In this document: piece after piece, positions 1 through 18,482 of the stretch
Layout: each line of letters begins with the position of its first letter
How positions within the stretch are numbered: position 1 is the stretch's first letter
DNA from: the human T2T-CHM13v2.0 reference genome, Homo sapiens
DNA length: 64,000 nt
NCBI RefSeq assembly: GCF_009914755.1
Contig: NC_060930.1
Reading direction: 5' to 3' (one strand)
The notes under the pieces: generated by a model
What the model saw: the letters and a program-made list of their open reading frames with translations, nothing else
What the model was told of the DNA's origin: nothing
Database searches by the model: none
Position numbers and translations under genes: made by a program

Positions 1-212
1 TTTGGAAGACCCCCATCTCTACAAAAGTAAATTTAAAAATTAGCAGGGTGTGGTGGCATGCACTTGTAGTCCCAGCTACTCAGGAGGCTGAGGTGGGAGG
101 ATAGCTTGGGCCCCAGAGTTTGAGGCTGTAGTACATTATGTTCATGTGTATTAATAGCCACCGCACCCCAGCCTGGGCAAAATAGCAACAACTTGTCTCT
201 AAAACAAACAAA

Positions 213-256
213 ACACACACACGCGCGCGCGCACACACTCTCTCTCTCTCTCTCTC
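213..256 (+). repeat. Compound (AC)(GC)(AC)(TC) microsatellite at an Alu tail
   Basis: ACACACACACGCGCGCGCGCACACACTCTCTCTC... Confidence 0.9.
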
Positions 257-1108
257 CGCTCTGTATGAAAAAAACGAAAAAATACATATAAAATTAATAA
301 CTGGTCTTGGGAGAGAGGATGCGATAGGAAACACTGATCCACAAAATTCAAAAATAATCTCACAAAGAATGTACAAAATAGTTGCCTTGCTTTTCTTATC
401 CTTTTATGTCTACCTTTAAGATACATCCAATGATTAGTTTTTACTTTTACCCACAGTATAATATATACTGTTCACTCTGAGACCAGATACCTAAAATAGT
501 ATCGGCTGGTGTATAAATATATCAGAACGATACATAACGATACAGATGATAAACCACTGTTATAGAGTACTGTGTGTAAGCACTCAAAAGACCAAAGATA
601 GTATTAATAAGACAAATGTAAAAATAAAAAGGCTGCTGATGCTCTGTGGACCTTTCATATTATTTATGCATATCAGTGAATAAATGATTATAATAAAAAT
701 TGACCTATATATATGCTTTATATGAACAGTTGCAGTCTGTTAAAGTCCAGAAAAGCTTAAGTTAAATCTTCTCTTATTAAACTGAACCTGAGGAGTTATA
801 CGTCTACTCTGATATAAATACTACAGTTATAAGGAAGGTCGTGGATAAAAATTATTTAATTTTAATCAAAACTTTTCTTCAGAATGCATTATGATAAACA
901 GTCTAGGTATCATAAAAGTCTGACTGTAATAAAAATCTTGCTGAATTTCCCAATTCATACTGAGAAACAAATAATCCCAAACATTCAAATAAATAAAAAA
1001 AAGCAAAATGAAAAATCCTGCAACCTTTGGCTGAGAGGAAGCAAAAGACAGAGATGGAGAAAAGATCTGGAGTATCTAAAGTCCATCTCACAGGAGACAC
1101 GATGTTAC

Positions 1109-1294
1109 CTTGTCACAGCATTCAACAGCTTTGGTGTATTCTCTAAGCTTCAGGTAGCACATGGCCAGGTTCAGAAAGGCAGCAAGGAGAAATGATTCAG
1201 AAGCTTTCGATTCCTTTTCTGATAAACCATATTCCATCTCTAACCAGGACACTATCTTCCCATACTGAATCACCGCCTGCATGTATTTGCCTCC
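1109..1294 (-). CDS. FKBP5: FKBP5 exon 9 (186 nt, aa 281-342, TPR domain); gene continues beyond the window start
   Basis: [62 protein letters not shown]; TAG acceptor, AAG|GTAAC donor. Confidence 0.98.
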
Positions 1295-1597
1295 CTAGGA
1301 TAAAAAAGCGTCATTACTTGTACTCAGCTCTTGAGGGGGTACAAAAGAAAAGCAAATCCTCAAAGTGAAGCAACCCCTCCAGCAAACCCTGGTACAGCTG
1401 GTTTCTTTCTTTCCTTCTGGAGATGGCTCTCCAGGTACCTTTCCCACTCCCTTGGAGGCCTCGATGGCCTGTGGGCTGGTTTGGGGCAGTGCCTGAGCAC
1501 TGCCTAGTGCTGCTCTGCAGCATTTCCATCCATCCCTTCAGCAGGTGTAGTACAGCAAGGCTTCTGGGCTATGTTCTTTGGTGCTAATATTCTTTAG

Positions 1598-1910
<313 letters not shown>

Positions 1911-2059
1911 TATTCTTTAGTCTTTCAAAAGGATTGTGAGCAGTTTTAGACTATGCCACTAAAAAAATGAAAAGGAAGTTACTTTTCTTTTCAGCACTTC
2001 ACAGCAAATATTACATTCTGGCAAGTGCTAGTTCCAAACACAGCCAATCCTATTTGAAC

Positions 2060-2219
2060 CAGTCTCTGTTGCAACTACTAAATTCTTATCATTTGTAGTG
2101 CAAAAGCTGCTCTAGACAGTATGTAAATCAATGGGTGCAGCTGTGTTTCAGTTAAACTGTACTTACAAAAACAGGCAGGGACCAGATTTGGCCAGCAAAC
2201 TGTAGTTTGCTGACCCCTG
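2060..2219 (+). mobile_element. MER58-type hAT MITE
   Basis: Ends CCAGATTTGGCC...GTAGTTTGCTGACCCCTG. Confidence 0.7.
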
Positions 2220-2394
2220 ATCTATAGGCAATGGGAATATGAATAGTTGGATAGTAGCATACAACATAAATAACAACTATAAAACAATATACATCAGAAA
2301 GGTCTGTCAGTTATATATAATATATATAAATATAAACATATATAATATATATATAATATATATATATATACATGCTCATATGAGAAACGCTGGG

Positions 2395-2876
<482 letters not shown>

Positions 2877-3372
2877 CTATTAGGACATTAAATTCAATGC
2901 CTGACCAACAGTGTTAAGACCATGTTACTAGGATTTACCACAGCCCAAGCAGCGCGTACATCTCACTGCCGAGTTGTCTCTCCCCACAAATACTCCAACC
3001 CTCACCCAAGGAGTCTGAGTAAGAGAAAAACCATAGAGCAGGTCTAAGAGGACATGCCTGTGATACAGGACTTCAAGTGGGTGATGTAAGAAACGAGCTC
3101 TGCCTGTAGAAAGGAAGCCCTGGTGTGGATTTTCTGGTGATGAAGATGGGGCAGACCTGTTCCAGCTGGAGGGCCTGGGTGTGAATGAGGGCCAGGCTAC
3201 ATCCCTCGAACATCCTTCTTCCCAAGTCACTCACTTAGGAGAGGGAAGACTGGCACTAAAATCAAAGTCTGTCACCCTCTCTGCCTCAGAAGTGTGTGAT
3301 ACAGGTCATTCATAAGAACACGAAACCAGGGCATTTTATTTTAAATGCTGAAATTCTTGAGGAAATTAGATT

Positions 3373-3755
3373 TGCTATGGACTGAATTGTGTCCCCCATC
3401 CTAAATTCCTATGTTGAAGCCCTCACCCCGAATGTGATATTTGCAGATGGAGCATTTGGGGAGGGAATTAGGTTAGATGTGGTCATGAGGGTGGGGCCTC
3501 ATGATGGGATTAGAGCCTTTATAAGAAGAAACTCGGGTGCTTGCTGCCCTCTGCCCTCTCTCCACTCACATGCATGTGGAAAGGCCATGTGAGAACACAG
3601 CAAGAAGGGAGCTACAAGGAACCAGAGGAGAGGCCCTCCCCAGACACTGATCCTGCTAACACCTTGATCTGGGACTTACAGTCTCCAGAAGTAAATTCCT
3701 GTTGTTGAAGCCACCCAGTGTATGGTATTTTACTGTGGCAGCCCAAGCTAAGACA
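3373..3755 (+). mobile_element. MLT1A-type MaLR solo LTR
   Basis: TGCTATGGACTGAAT...GCAGCCCAAGCTAAGACA. Confidence 0.8.
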
Positions 3756-4628
3756 ATACTTAAATTTTGTCATAGTCTTAGGCCTACCACTCCTTTTTTG
3801 GATGCTACAAAAAAAAAAGAATAAAGTCCTCACCAGTTTCAGGTCGGCATTTTCTTTCTGTCACTGCCTTTTCTCTTGCTGGTCTTTGAGGACAGGCAGC
3901 ATTGTCCTCTCCCTTTTGGAATATTCAGGGTTTAGCACCAAGAGGTCTTTAATAAAGGTTTGTTGAGTAAATATTGAAATCAAAGGAATGTAAATATGGA
4001 ATCAAGACTTTTTCTAAAGTGGTGTGGTGGCTCACGCCTATAGTCCCAGCACTTTGGGAAGCTGAGGCAGGAGGATCTCTTAAGTCCAGGAGTTCGAAGC
4101 TGCAGTTAGCTATGCTTGTGCCACTGCACTCCAGCCTGGGTGACAGAGTAAGACCCTCTCTCTCTAAAAACAATACCAACAACAAAACCTTTTGCTATCA
4201 TTGGGAGCAAAAAATGTGTGGGTGGAAATGAAAAGTGTTGTTTCACTGAGATGAGATAGGAAGGACAGGCATTTCCCCTGTCATGCCTCATTTCTTCATC
4301 CTCTCTCCTCCTCCCTCTCTAATGCATTGATTAACTTAACTTTTCTGATTATCTCCTAATATATTGTATAGGGAAAGAAAAGAAGAGCCAGGGAGGACAA
4401 AAACCTAGATCTTAACATTTCAATAAGTTCTGAATAATCAGAATGGTAGAAGGCCATGGTAAAACAAAACAAAACACAAAAAACAGGTATTAGACTTCTT
4501 AATAGTTCCTTCACATAGGGCATTTTAATTTTTTGAAAGCTCTTGCATATATATCATGTAACTTTATTTAGACTTCAACTTCCAATTAGCGAAAAGTCTG
4601 TCTTGTACTCCCTGCTTCTGAGGTACTA

Positions 4629-4845
4629 AAGCAGTTCTCAACTGGGGGGTGATTTTGCCCCCCAGGGAACACCTGGCAGGTCTGGAGGCATTTTTAGTTG
4701 TCATAACTGGGTAGGATGCTACTGGCATCTAATGGGCAGAGGCCAGGAATGCTGCTAAATATTCTACAATGCACAAGACAGCCCCACACAATCAAGAATT
4801 ATCCCACTCCAAATGTTGATAGTACTGAGGTTGAAAAATTCTGCA
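4629..4845 (+). mobile_element. MER20
   Basis: CAGTTCTCAACTGGGGGTGATTTTGCCCCCCAGGG...GAGGTTGAAAA. Confidence 0.8.
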
Positions 4846-7800
4846 CTAAAGGAAAGAGATGAAAGACAGGGTGGACTCTTCTTAGGAATTTTTTTTAAAA
4901 CATCAAATCCTAGAGTCATAAACGGCTTGTTTCTAAATCACATTACTGGTATCTTGGAACAGCAAGGGTGGTGAAAATATAGCAAAGCCCGATTTATCTG
5001 AAGAGTTTAGAGGTTGAACAATTCTCCTCAACTAGTTTGTTTTAGAAATGCTTTCTTCCCAGGAGAAGCACAAGGGGGCGCAAGAATCCCACATCACTTC
5101 AGTGTTCTTAGCCTTCTTGCCACTCTGCTGCCAAGTCAGAAAAAAGAAAAACACTGACCAGGTGTGAGTTAATGCTCCTGTCCTGCAGAACACTGTCAGC
5201 TATGAGGGCAAAAATCGTGTCTGTTTAACTCGCTTGCACAATGCCTGGCTTAATATTATGCTGTTACCTGTACTTAATAATTATTTTCAGAGCCAAATAG
5301 AGTTCTCTATTTTTCTTCTCTTTAGTATTCAGAGGTTGAAATGAGGACTTTACATCTTCAATGGCAAAATCATTCCCACTTAAAAGCTGAGTACAATTCA
5401 ATCCTACTCAGGAGAGAGGCTTTACCCATTTAGGTATAAACCAAACCAACAGATCAATGGAAACAGAATTCCAATATGCAGATGGCATGAAATACAGATC
5501 TTTAGTTCAGCCCATCTCTGCTCTCACCTACACATCTGGACTCTGTGCAAATGCATAACATGCCAAGTCAGACACCCTGGAAAGACAAGGCCCGGGAGGG
5601 CAGTATGGCAGATTGAAACCTGCCCTGAGTTGGGAAGGGAATATGTACAGGAAACTATCTACTAACCATTTTGAAGTTTTACAGCTAACGCTAGGACTAC
5701 TGCTGGGATCTTTTACCTATAATTATAAAGGTGCCTCCAGGGAAGTTTTTAGTGGTACAAAATGTTCAGAGACATTCTGGGAGAAAAGTCTCAGGTCAGT
5801 GGTTTTGAACCTTTCATTAATTTTTCCCCAATGGACTAATGTTTTGAAAAATTTTGCCTATCAAATTCCATGTTAAAAATAATTTTTTCCATGTGTGTGA
5901 CTGCTGATCCAGATTTTATCCAAAGATTGGTAATTTTAAGTAGGTTCATAATAGTATCACTCTTGCAGTTGTGATGCTGATAAGCAACAAAGTTAAGTAA
6001 CTGTACAGACACTCATTGCTTTCTGCTACTGATCACTAATTCTGGCCATCTCTCTGTATATATTCAGAACACAGCTATATGACAGATGGCTTCATAACAT
6101 TATTTCATTACCAATAATGTTCTCCAAAATTCTGTATCATAGCACCGATTAGAGCCTCTGAATAGCTGAGCTGTTTTACTACACTGAATCGATATAATTC
6201 TAGTCAAAGGCCAAAAGCCTCAAATCTTCCCAAACTGTTAATATTCTATTTGGAAGTATTGAGGAAATATATAAAATATAGTTAAGGATTTTTATGGACT
6301 TCGGAAATATAGAAAATACTGTTAAGGACTCACGATCTTAAGAAATTTTGTAGAAACATTTTTCCCTCTAGTGTATTATGTATTTGGATATACAAATAAC
6401 CCACTTGGAATCTTACTTGAATAGTTTAGAAGTATCCAATATACCTCAATTAGAATTAAAAACAAAACAAAACCAAAAAAATAACACTTGTTCTTGAGAG
6501 TTTAGAAACTCACAGAAATTCAGGCTGGAAAGAAACTTGGGGAACATCTAACTCCCCTATTTTTCACTTGAAAATATAACCTCTTTGGACCTTAAATGAC
6601 TAAATCATTTGAAGAGCAATAAAGCCCATTTTTCCCAATTCTGAGCTTATTCTATCATACCCCCATGCTTTCTGGTGATCCATAAGAGTTTAGTATACAT
6701 AGTAAATAATGATAAATAACATATTTATATATTTATACTTATCTAAACCCATGATTTAAAATTTGTTTGAATACCACCCACAGTAAGAAATATGCAATCC
6801 AGTACTTACTCATACACAAGCAAAGTTTTATGCAACAAAACTGATCCTTATAACATATTGCAATACACTTCCACAAAACTGATTTCATGACCCAATATTG
6901 TCTCAGCTCAAATTCTGAAAACACATGGTGCCCTCTGGCTGTGTTAATTTTGGGTTGATTATATATTCTTACATAATTCTCTAGTTGTTTCATTTGGATT
7001 AACATTGCCACTCCTCCCTCCTGACAAGGTTGTAACTTAATAATAGCATGTCTTATAGCAGATGCCCCATAAAGACTTGTTAAAGTACACTTATGCCTCA
7101 CTGCTTTATACTGCTGAAAAACATCTAATTTCTGTATTGCAGTGGCAGAAAACGAAAGAAACCTTGACAGAACTCCCATTCTCCCTCTAATTCTCATCAC
7201 TAAGCCCTTTCTGCTTGACATGGAGAAGGCATATATTTGGGGTGGGGAAGCAATGGGTAGAACACTGATTAAAACAGAATGAAGGGCGGTTTCTTTTTTT
7301 CTTACATCTAGAGGTTTAAGATCTAAGTGAGAAAATATCACACTCCTAGTTGCTCCAAGAAGGGTTTCTGAGAAGCAATTTATGATGAATATCATTCAGG
7401 AATATCCGGAGATTCCTCATAAAAGCAAGTGTGCAGGAATCATCTTGGCCATTAGAAGCAATCAATACTCTCCTGTCAGTTTGTTTTGAAATTTGTGCAT
7501 GTCCTCTCTCCTTTTATCATATGCTCTAGTGACTTCATCAAGACAGTCTAAAGGAAGATGGGCCCGGTGCAGTGGCTCACGCCTGTAATCTCAGCACTTT
7601 GGGAAGCTGAGGTGGGAGGATTGCTTGAGGCTAGAAGTTTGAGACCAGCCTGGGAAAGAAAGGGAGACCCTGTCTCTCATACAAAAAAAAAAAAAGGAAG
7701 AAAGAAAAATGATGTGAAACTTACCCTTATGAATTCCATTCTTTGCTAACAATTATTCTATTCATTCTTTTTTCATTCCAAAAACACTTGTTGAGTGCCA

Positions 7801-8051
7801 ACTATGTACCAAGCAAGATGCTTTAGGAGTGAGTGATACTGTGGTGGGTGGGGATGCCAGACCTGGTCTGCCTGTATGGAAGGTTACAATCTAGAGCAGA
7901 ATGTGTAAAAGAGGAATCTGTACTTTTTTTTTTTTCCACATGATTGTTTTCTCACCATTTTTCATATTGAAAATGACAGATTTATAAAAATTGCAGCTTA
8001 TTCTTACCAAGCAGTGTTGACAAAATTCAGAGTAGGGAATATCAGCACAAT

Positions 8052-8193
8052 TCACCAACACTTGAATAAATTCTTTGAGATGGAAAGGATTGCATAGGGA
8101 CTCACACACCTTGAAGTATACGGTTCCCTTCTCTTTGACAATGGCAGCCTGCTCCAATTTTTCTTTGGTATCCATCTCCCAGGATTCTTTGGC
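8052..8193 (-). CDS. FKBP5: Alternative C-terminus of the short isoform FKBP51s (exon 7 skipped, exon 8 frameshifted and read into intron 8; 268 aa)
   Basis: Joining exon 6 to exon 8 gives [47 protein letters not shown] with TGA at 8052-8054. 222+46 = 268 aa, matching the recalled TPR-less isoform. Confidence 0.85.
8110..8193 (-). CDS. FKBP5: FKBP5 exon 8 (84 nt, aa 253-280, start of TPR region)
   Basis: [28 protein letters not shown]; CAG acceptor with CTAAC branch-point candidate about 25 nt upstream; donor AAG|GTGTGT. Confidence 0.98.
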
Positions 8194-9085
8194 CTGTGTG
8201 TAAATTTGTGACAATGGTTAGATGAACAGAGAGAAAAGCATCAGTTGAGGCCTATTGGAACAAAGAGCAGCTAATTCTAGAAGATACTCCAAACTGAAAA
8301 CACTCTGGCTGTTGAAATTGTGTGTCAGTGCCAATTTACTGCTAGGCCAGTGCTTCTTCATACTGTTTGAAGAACTCACTTTCCATCATGACCAAGCTGT
8401 AGCTTGAACAATGTTGCTCAAGAGAGAGGAGCCGCAAAAACACAGTAAGGAACGTACTCTGGTAAGCACTGCTACAAAGTGAATCTTTAGAAATACAAGG
8501 TGAACCCACACAAAGTTAAGGCCATGCCTTATCTCCCTCTGCAAACCTCTCCACTAGGCTGTTTCTCTCAAGCCTGTTTTTCAACTCTAAAATGGGAACA
8601 TGACTGTAGTCAAGTTGTAGTTTGTATATTCATACAGAATTTTCAAAATTCTGGGTCAGGTTGTCTTGCCACTCTAAAACAACCAGATATACTAATAATA
8701 CTGCTAAATTGTATCAACTTGCAGATGTATACTGGGGGGGACTTCAAGCAAAACATAATTGGGAGTAAAGCTCATGCAAAAATATCACTTTAGAGCCATA
8801 AATAAATGACTTCATTATCATCTGCTAGCTTGTATTGTGTGTATTATTACTTCCACCATTACAGATACAAATCCAGAAATAACTGCACTTGCCATTTACA
8901 AGCTGGATTTAGAAGGACCAGAGTCAAGAGAACAATCTGGGAGCCTTTAGGAAAAGTGACAGTGGGTGTGGTCAGTGCTATTTACTGCATATAAATTATG
9001 AAGTTTAAATGGGTAACTAAAATTCTCTCTATTCAAAAGATAACGAGTGTGTGTTCCTGGTGTCACAGCCCCTGCTATCCTCTAC

Positions 9086-10510
<1,425 letters not shown>

Positions 10511-11094
10511 CTAGTCTATTCTTAACAAGGCAGAGGATTAAATCACATTGCCCCAAACAACATCATATACCTTCATGTGATTTCAAATATACCAAGCAGC
10601 AGTGCATGAATATACTCTTGGAGTGATGACAGAGCACAGGCTTGCTGTGGCACACCACTGGGAGAGTGCTCCTAAATAAGCAATGTCCACTGGGCCACGA
10701 GAAGGAAGGGGCAAGAGGCTGCTTTACAAAAATGGAAATAGTAAAGCCATAGGTCTAAATAACCACATGCTAAAGATTATCTTCTCTCTCTTTAACAATA
10801 AAAAAACACCATATGCTATGACAACAGCATTGGGGGATCAGTGCTGAGCTAGCAGGCCTTCAGAAGAGGTTACATGACAACAATCAGTGGTCATAACCAG
10901 ACATATGTTTGTTTGGGGGAACATGAAGTAGAAGAGGTATGATTAGGAATGTCACTACTGGGGGTGAATCCCAAAGCAGGCCTCCCCTCACTTTCTTAGC
11001 CCAAAGGTACAGGCCCACAGGACAATGATTTCTTTTCTGAATCTAACAAAATATAAATGGTCATGTTTCCATTTATATTAATGTGCTTAATGTG

Positions 11095-11390
<296 letters not shown>

Positions 11391-11679
11391 GTTGAATGTA
11401 CAGAACGTGGAGGTAGCACTGTGCAGGAATAAAAAAGGAACACAAATGCAGTCCTTGAGCTCCACAAAGGGTGGGGCTTTGGAAATGCCAGGGGCACGTG
11501 GCCGAAGACAACAGCATACCTAGCTCAGGTATATGCTGTGTGTGTCCAGGTCGGCTGCTGCTGGGAGCCTCCAGAGTGAAACTGAGATGGAAATATGTTC
11601 AAGGAGGCATGCTGTTTCTGGAATCCAAGGCAACTGACAAATTCTCTCTCTTCTCTACTTGGAGAAGTATAAAAAAAAA

Positions 11680-12060
11680 ATGGCTTCGGGTTAGCTGCTT
11701 TCTTTCTTGTATCTCTGGTCACAGAGCCTAGTGGCCCTCGAGGACTTGCAGTTGGGATAACAACTTGGAGCCACAGTGCAGGCCTCTTCGTGACTCCTGT
11801 GAAGGGTACAATCCGTTCAGCTCTGAAAAGCTGCACCCCACTCCCCCAAGGAGCCACTTGGCAGAACGTGAACCTTTCTGTCCTCAACCCAGGAAAAAAA
11901 AAGTACAAAAAGAACAAGTCTAGGAACAAATAAGGGAACAAGTCTTGGATTCTACCCAAAAAAGTTAAAAAAAAAAAAAAAAGCTGACACATAGGAACAA
12001 AATAAGAACACGGAGCTCCTTCGTTGTATATCAGCTGTGCTATGTCAGTTGTTCTATTCT
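11680..12060. promoter_or_regulatory. Intron 7 glucocorticoid-responsive enhancer with methylation-studied CpGs
   Basis: GGTACAatcCGTTCA (11805-11819), AGAACAcggAGCTCC (12005-12019), TATGTCagtTGTTCT (12041-12055). CpGs at 11687, 11739, 11789, 11814, 11867, 12011 and 12022; spacing fits the recalled intron-7 CpG set. Confidence 0.85.
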
Positions 12061-12207
12061 TCAGCAGCAGTGTTGGAGGCAAGAGACAAACTTGATAATG
12101 AATAAACACCATCTATCTATACCACCTACTAAGATAAGATACTGATTTATAGGAAGTGGATGGAGAAGAAACCTACCATAATTTTAAGGAAGTTGGTATT
12201 TTCTCAC

Positions 12208-12298
12208 CTTTTCGAAGCTCTTAAGTGTAACTTCATATATAAGCTCAGCATTAGGTTCAATGCCAAATTTAGGCTTCCCTGCCTCTCCAAAACCATAT
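12208..12298 (-). CDS. FKBP5: FKBP5 exon 7 (91 nt, aa 222-252)
   Basis: [30 protein letters not shown]; CAG acceptor, AAG|GTGAGA donor. Confidence 0.98.
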
Positions 12299-13780
12299 CT
12301 GAAATGGAGAGTAAAAAATAAAACTTTAAAAGGATTGGTGTATTTCCAGGCACTTCCTTCAGTATTTTGAGGCATCAACAGAGCTATCATTTGCAAGCTA
12401 CATGTGTCAGAGACCCTGAAGACAAACCAGATGTTGACCAGAAGATACAGTGTGAAGTATCTTCACTGCTACAGTTTTCTTAGAAACCAGGCTAGGTTTA
12501 GTTTTCTTTTCTCCTTCACATTCACATGTAATGCAACACCTGTACTCCTTGGGGCAGCTTGATTCATGGGATTTTAAATGTCACTGTCTTTTTCTCTACT
12601 TGATTTCATATCTAGTTTTTTTTTTTTAATAAAATGGCCATGATTTAGCTGCCAGGAATTTTCCCCTAAGTTTTATCAGCAAAAAGGACAGAGAAGACAC
12701 AGCCACTGTAATTGTTAGAGTGGTACTCACGGGAGGTATGTTTTAATAAGCTTTTAACTTTAAAGTGCTGTCACTTCTAGTAGTACCACTTCCAGTCACA
12801 TAAGTGAAGGGGAAAGGCTCACACATCAGGAGAGAAAAGTTTTCACACTATTTAAGTTTTTTTAAAAGCACATGAAGAAACACAAATAACATAATGATAT
12901 ACTCAAAAATAGCTGCCCTAGCAAGTTCTGACACCTCCTCTAGAGAAATATTCTTATGGCTTATAGCTATCAGAGTGTAGGATTCTATACCTTTTAGCCA
13001 AAACTTACTGAAAAAAATAACTGAGGACATATACATTTGTTTTCTTGGGATCATGTAAGATCTCCAGCAAATTAAATGTATTCGGGAAGCAGATATTTAC
13101 TAGAATGGGAGCTGTAGCAGAGCTCTGTCTGGTTCACCTGTTTCCCAGTGTTTGTTTAGAACAAGGCCCAGCATATTAGTCAAGTGTTCACTGAAATATA
13201 TTATGTTCCCATTTGTTGCAAGCAAAGCTGTTCTTTAATATATGAAATGGTATTACAAAAAACTTAGTAAACTCAAGCTTTCAAGGTACAGGTTGAAAGA
13301 TGTCAAAACCGACTTAATCTAATACCTCCAGTTTTCTCTGGGGCAAAGGGACTAGAGTGGGAACACTCAAATTTTGTTGCTTGCACCACTTTCTTTACCC
13401 TTTGCCTGGATTTTCCAGGAATAAAAATGCTTACTCACTCACCTCCACTGTTACACAGAAAATGGAAGCTGGAGCCAAAAAGAGGAATAGAGATACGAGA
13501 GCTGGTAGGAATGAGGAGCGGGGCAAAGGGTATCTTCCACAAAGACATAATTACCAGTGACCAATTTTAAGAAGTGATGCCTAATTTTCTACTTTGAGCT
13601 CTTAGATGTATATACCTACTACCTTGTTTCTGCCATCTAATAAATTTTAAAAAAATTCCTTAACTACCCAGGTAGGTAGGTGAGTCCTTGCTAAGCACAT
13701 ATTTTCTGAGAGCATGTTATATTTGGAGTCCTGTGCTAAGCAGTTGCAAATGCAACAAATGATCTGGCATTTGCCTTAGA

Positions 13781-14003
13781 CCAGCAGATCTCAACCAGGT
13801 TGATTTTAACTCCTCTTCCCTCCAGGAAACCTTTGGCAATGTCTAGAAATATTATGGGTTGTCACAACTATGGGGGTGCTACTGGTATCTGGTGGGAAGA
13901 GGCCAGGAATACTGCTGGATATTCTACAATGCACGTGACAGCCCCCTATGACCAAGGATTAGCAAGCCCAAAGTGTCAACAGTGCTGAGGATGAGAAAAT
14001 CTG
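13781..14003 (+). mobile_element. MER20
   Basis: TTTGGCAATGTCTAGA...GGTGCTACTGGTATCT...GAGGCCAGG...CTACAATGCAC. Confidence 0.75.
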
Positions 14004-14626
14004 CCTGTGGGGAATGTGGGGCTGTATCAAGGGAGGCACCAAGTGTCCTATTATTGATGGGATTAAAGAAGACTAAAGAAAAATATTATTTCTACAATCT
14101 CTCCCAGGTTAAAATGAAGCGATTCAGTCAAGATACGTGTGGCGCACATGATCCTGCAGAGGTGGAAGCCCACGCCAAGATATTCTGGCAGCACCTACCC
14201 TGACTTCCATATTACACAGAAAGTTGTCAGCCTGGGTGAAGAAGGAACCAGGGCACCCAACTCATCTGACTGAAAAACAAAACACCACAAGAGGAATCCC
14301 AAGACCTAACCAAAAGATAATCTAGACTATGGTAACAGAAGGAATTCAGCGTTAATGCCCTTGAATTAAGAGTTTCCTCCAGAGAATAGAGATACAAATA
14401 ATGACTATGAATGACCATTAAGCCTTAATGTGCATATAAGAAGCACTTGGACTACAAGCTCTTACCAATTGCTCCCTTTTTGCAGATAAAGACACAGAGT
14501 GCTTCCTGAGAAGTCACACACAGGCAGTGGTAGAGCCAGGTTTAAATTCAGACCCTGTGTGTCCCCAGAAAATCAGGTTTTTTGGACTCATACTGCCTCA
14601 TAACTAGACATTATGGCTCTTGGTAG

Positions 14627-17436
<2,810 letters not shown>

Positions 17437-18325
17437 ATATATATATATGATTATGGATCAAGTGCTGGGGCAAAGGTAAACTGCCATTGGATTACTACAG
17501 AGTCTATAAAATGACACCACAAAAGGCTTAACATCACCTACTGGCAAGTGCAGGTCATCAAGATTCTCAGTAACTCAGAATCCCACTGTCTGAAATCCAT
17601 GGAGCCGGAGGGAGGATACACTAGATAAGCAGATGCACTCTCATGCAGACAAAATCAAAACACCCCGGGTTCTCTCAGGGGTCTGTTTCTCAAGACAGAA
17701 GAGTTGGATTCATGGTATAATTTTAGATCTAAAAATACTACTAAACATGTTTTCACAAGAGAGACTGTCAGTGTCTGATGGTTCTAAGCTTGAAAGTGCT
17801 AATGGATATCCTTATGATGGGAAAAACTTAGACAAAAAATGAGTCATCTCTGTTGCCTTTAGATCCAGGAAGAATGTGCTTTTTTTTTCAGGGACTCTGT
17901 ATAAGAACAAGTGGCACAAGTTCAAGTGGTAGTAAATCATCCAAATGCTTCTTTGACTCCCAACCCCCATGTTTTCCTGCCTCCTGCCTAACTTAGAGAA
18001 AAGGGAAGAGGGGGTAAGAGAACCACATATGAGAGGGGTCCATAGCTGCCTGTCTTGGCAATACTGCAGGCAAAACAAATCATCACAAAAGCAAAAAGTG
18101 GCTGTAAGACCTGTTCTGAACATATATCAATCAAGTAAACATGCTCACAAACCTCTATGATATTGTAAGGCCCATTAATTTACGTGATGACTAACTGCAG
18201 CCTGATTTAATTGTTTCCGTTGTTGGATTAACTTCACTGAAAATGCCAAAACACTGAATGAAAAAGCAAGCATATCCCTGTCCTTTAGGTGACTTCACTG
18301 TGTTCCAAACTGGTATGCTGCTTAC

Positions 18326-18482
18326 CTTGGTCCAAGATATAAAATACATTGTTCTTCCCGCTGCATTTTCTCCAGAGCTTTGTCAATTCCAATTGGAATG
18401 TCGTGGTCTTCTCCTTCGCCCACAGTGAATGCCACATCTCTGCAGTCAAACATCCTTCCACCACAGCGGCCTTCCAGGTGGA
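18326..18482 (-). CDS. FKBP5: FKBP5 exon 6 (157 nt, aa 170-222, FK2)
   Basis: [51 protein letters not shown]; CAG acceptor, AAG|GTAAGC donor. Confidence 0.98.

Noticed and set aside
6739-7395. 218-aa minus-strand ORF in intron 8, the longest in the track
   Set aside because: No recognisable domain, composition typical of AT-rich noncoding DNA, and it would lie in the 3'UTR downstream of the FKBP51s stop. Only PhyloCSF or Ribo-seq support would rescue it.
11525-12112. 195-aa minus-strand ORF over the intron-7 enhancer
   Set aside because: Kept open by T-runs (poly-Phe) and has no homology I can recognise; the region is explained as an enhancer.
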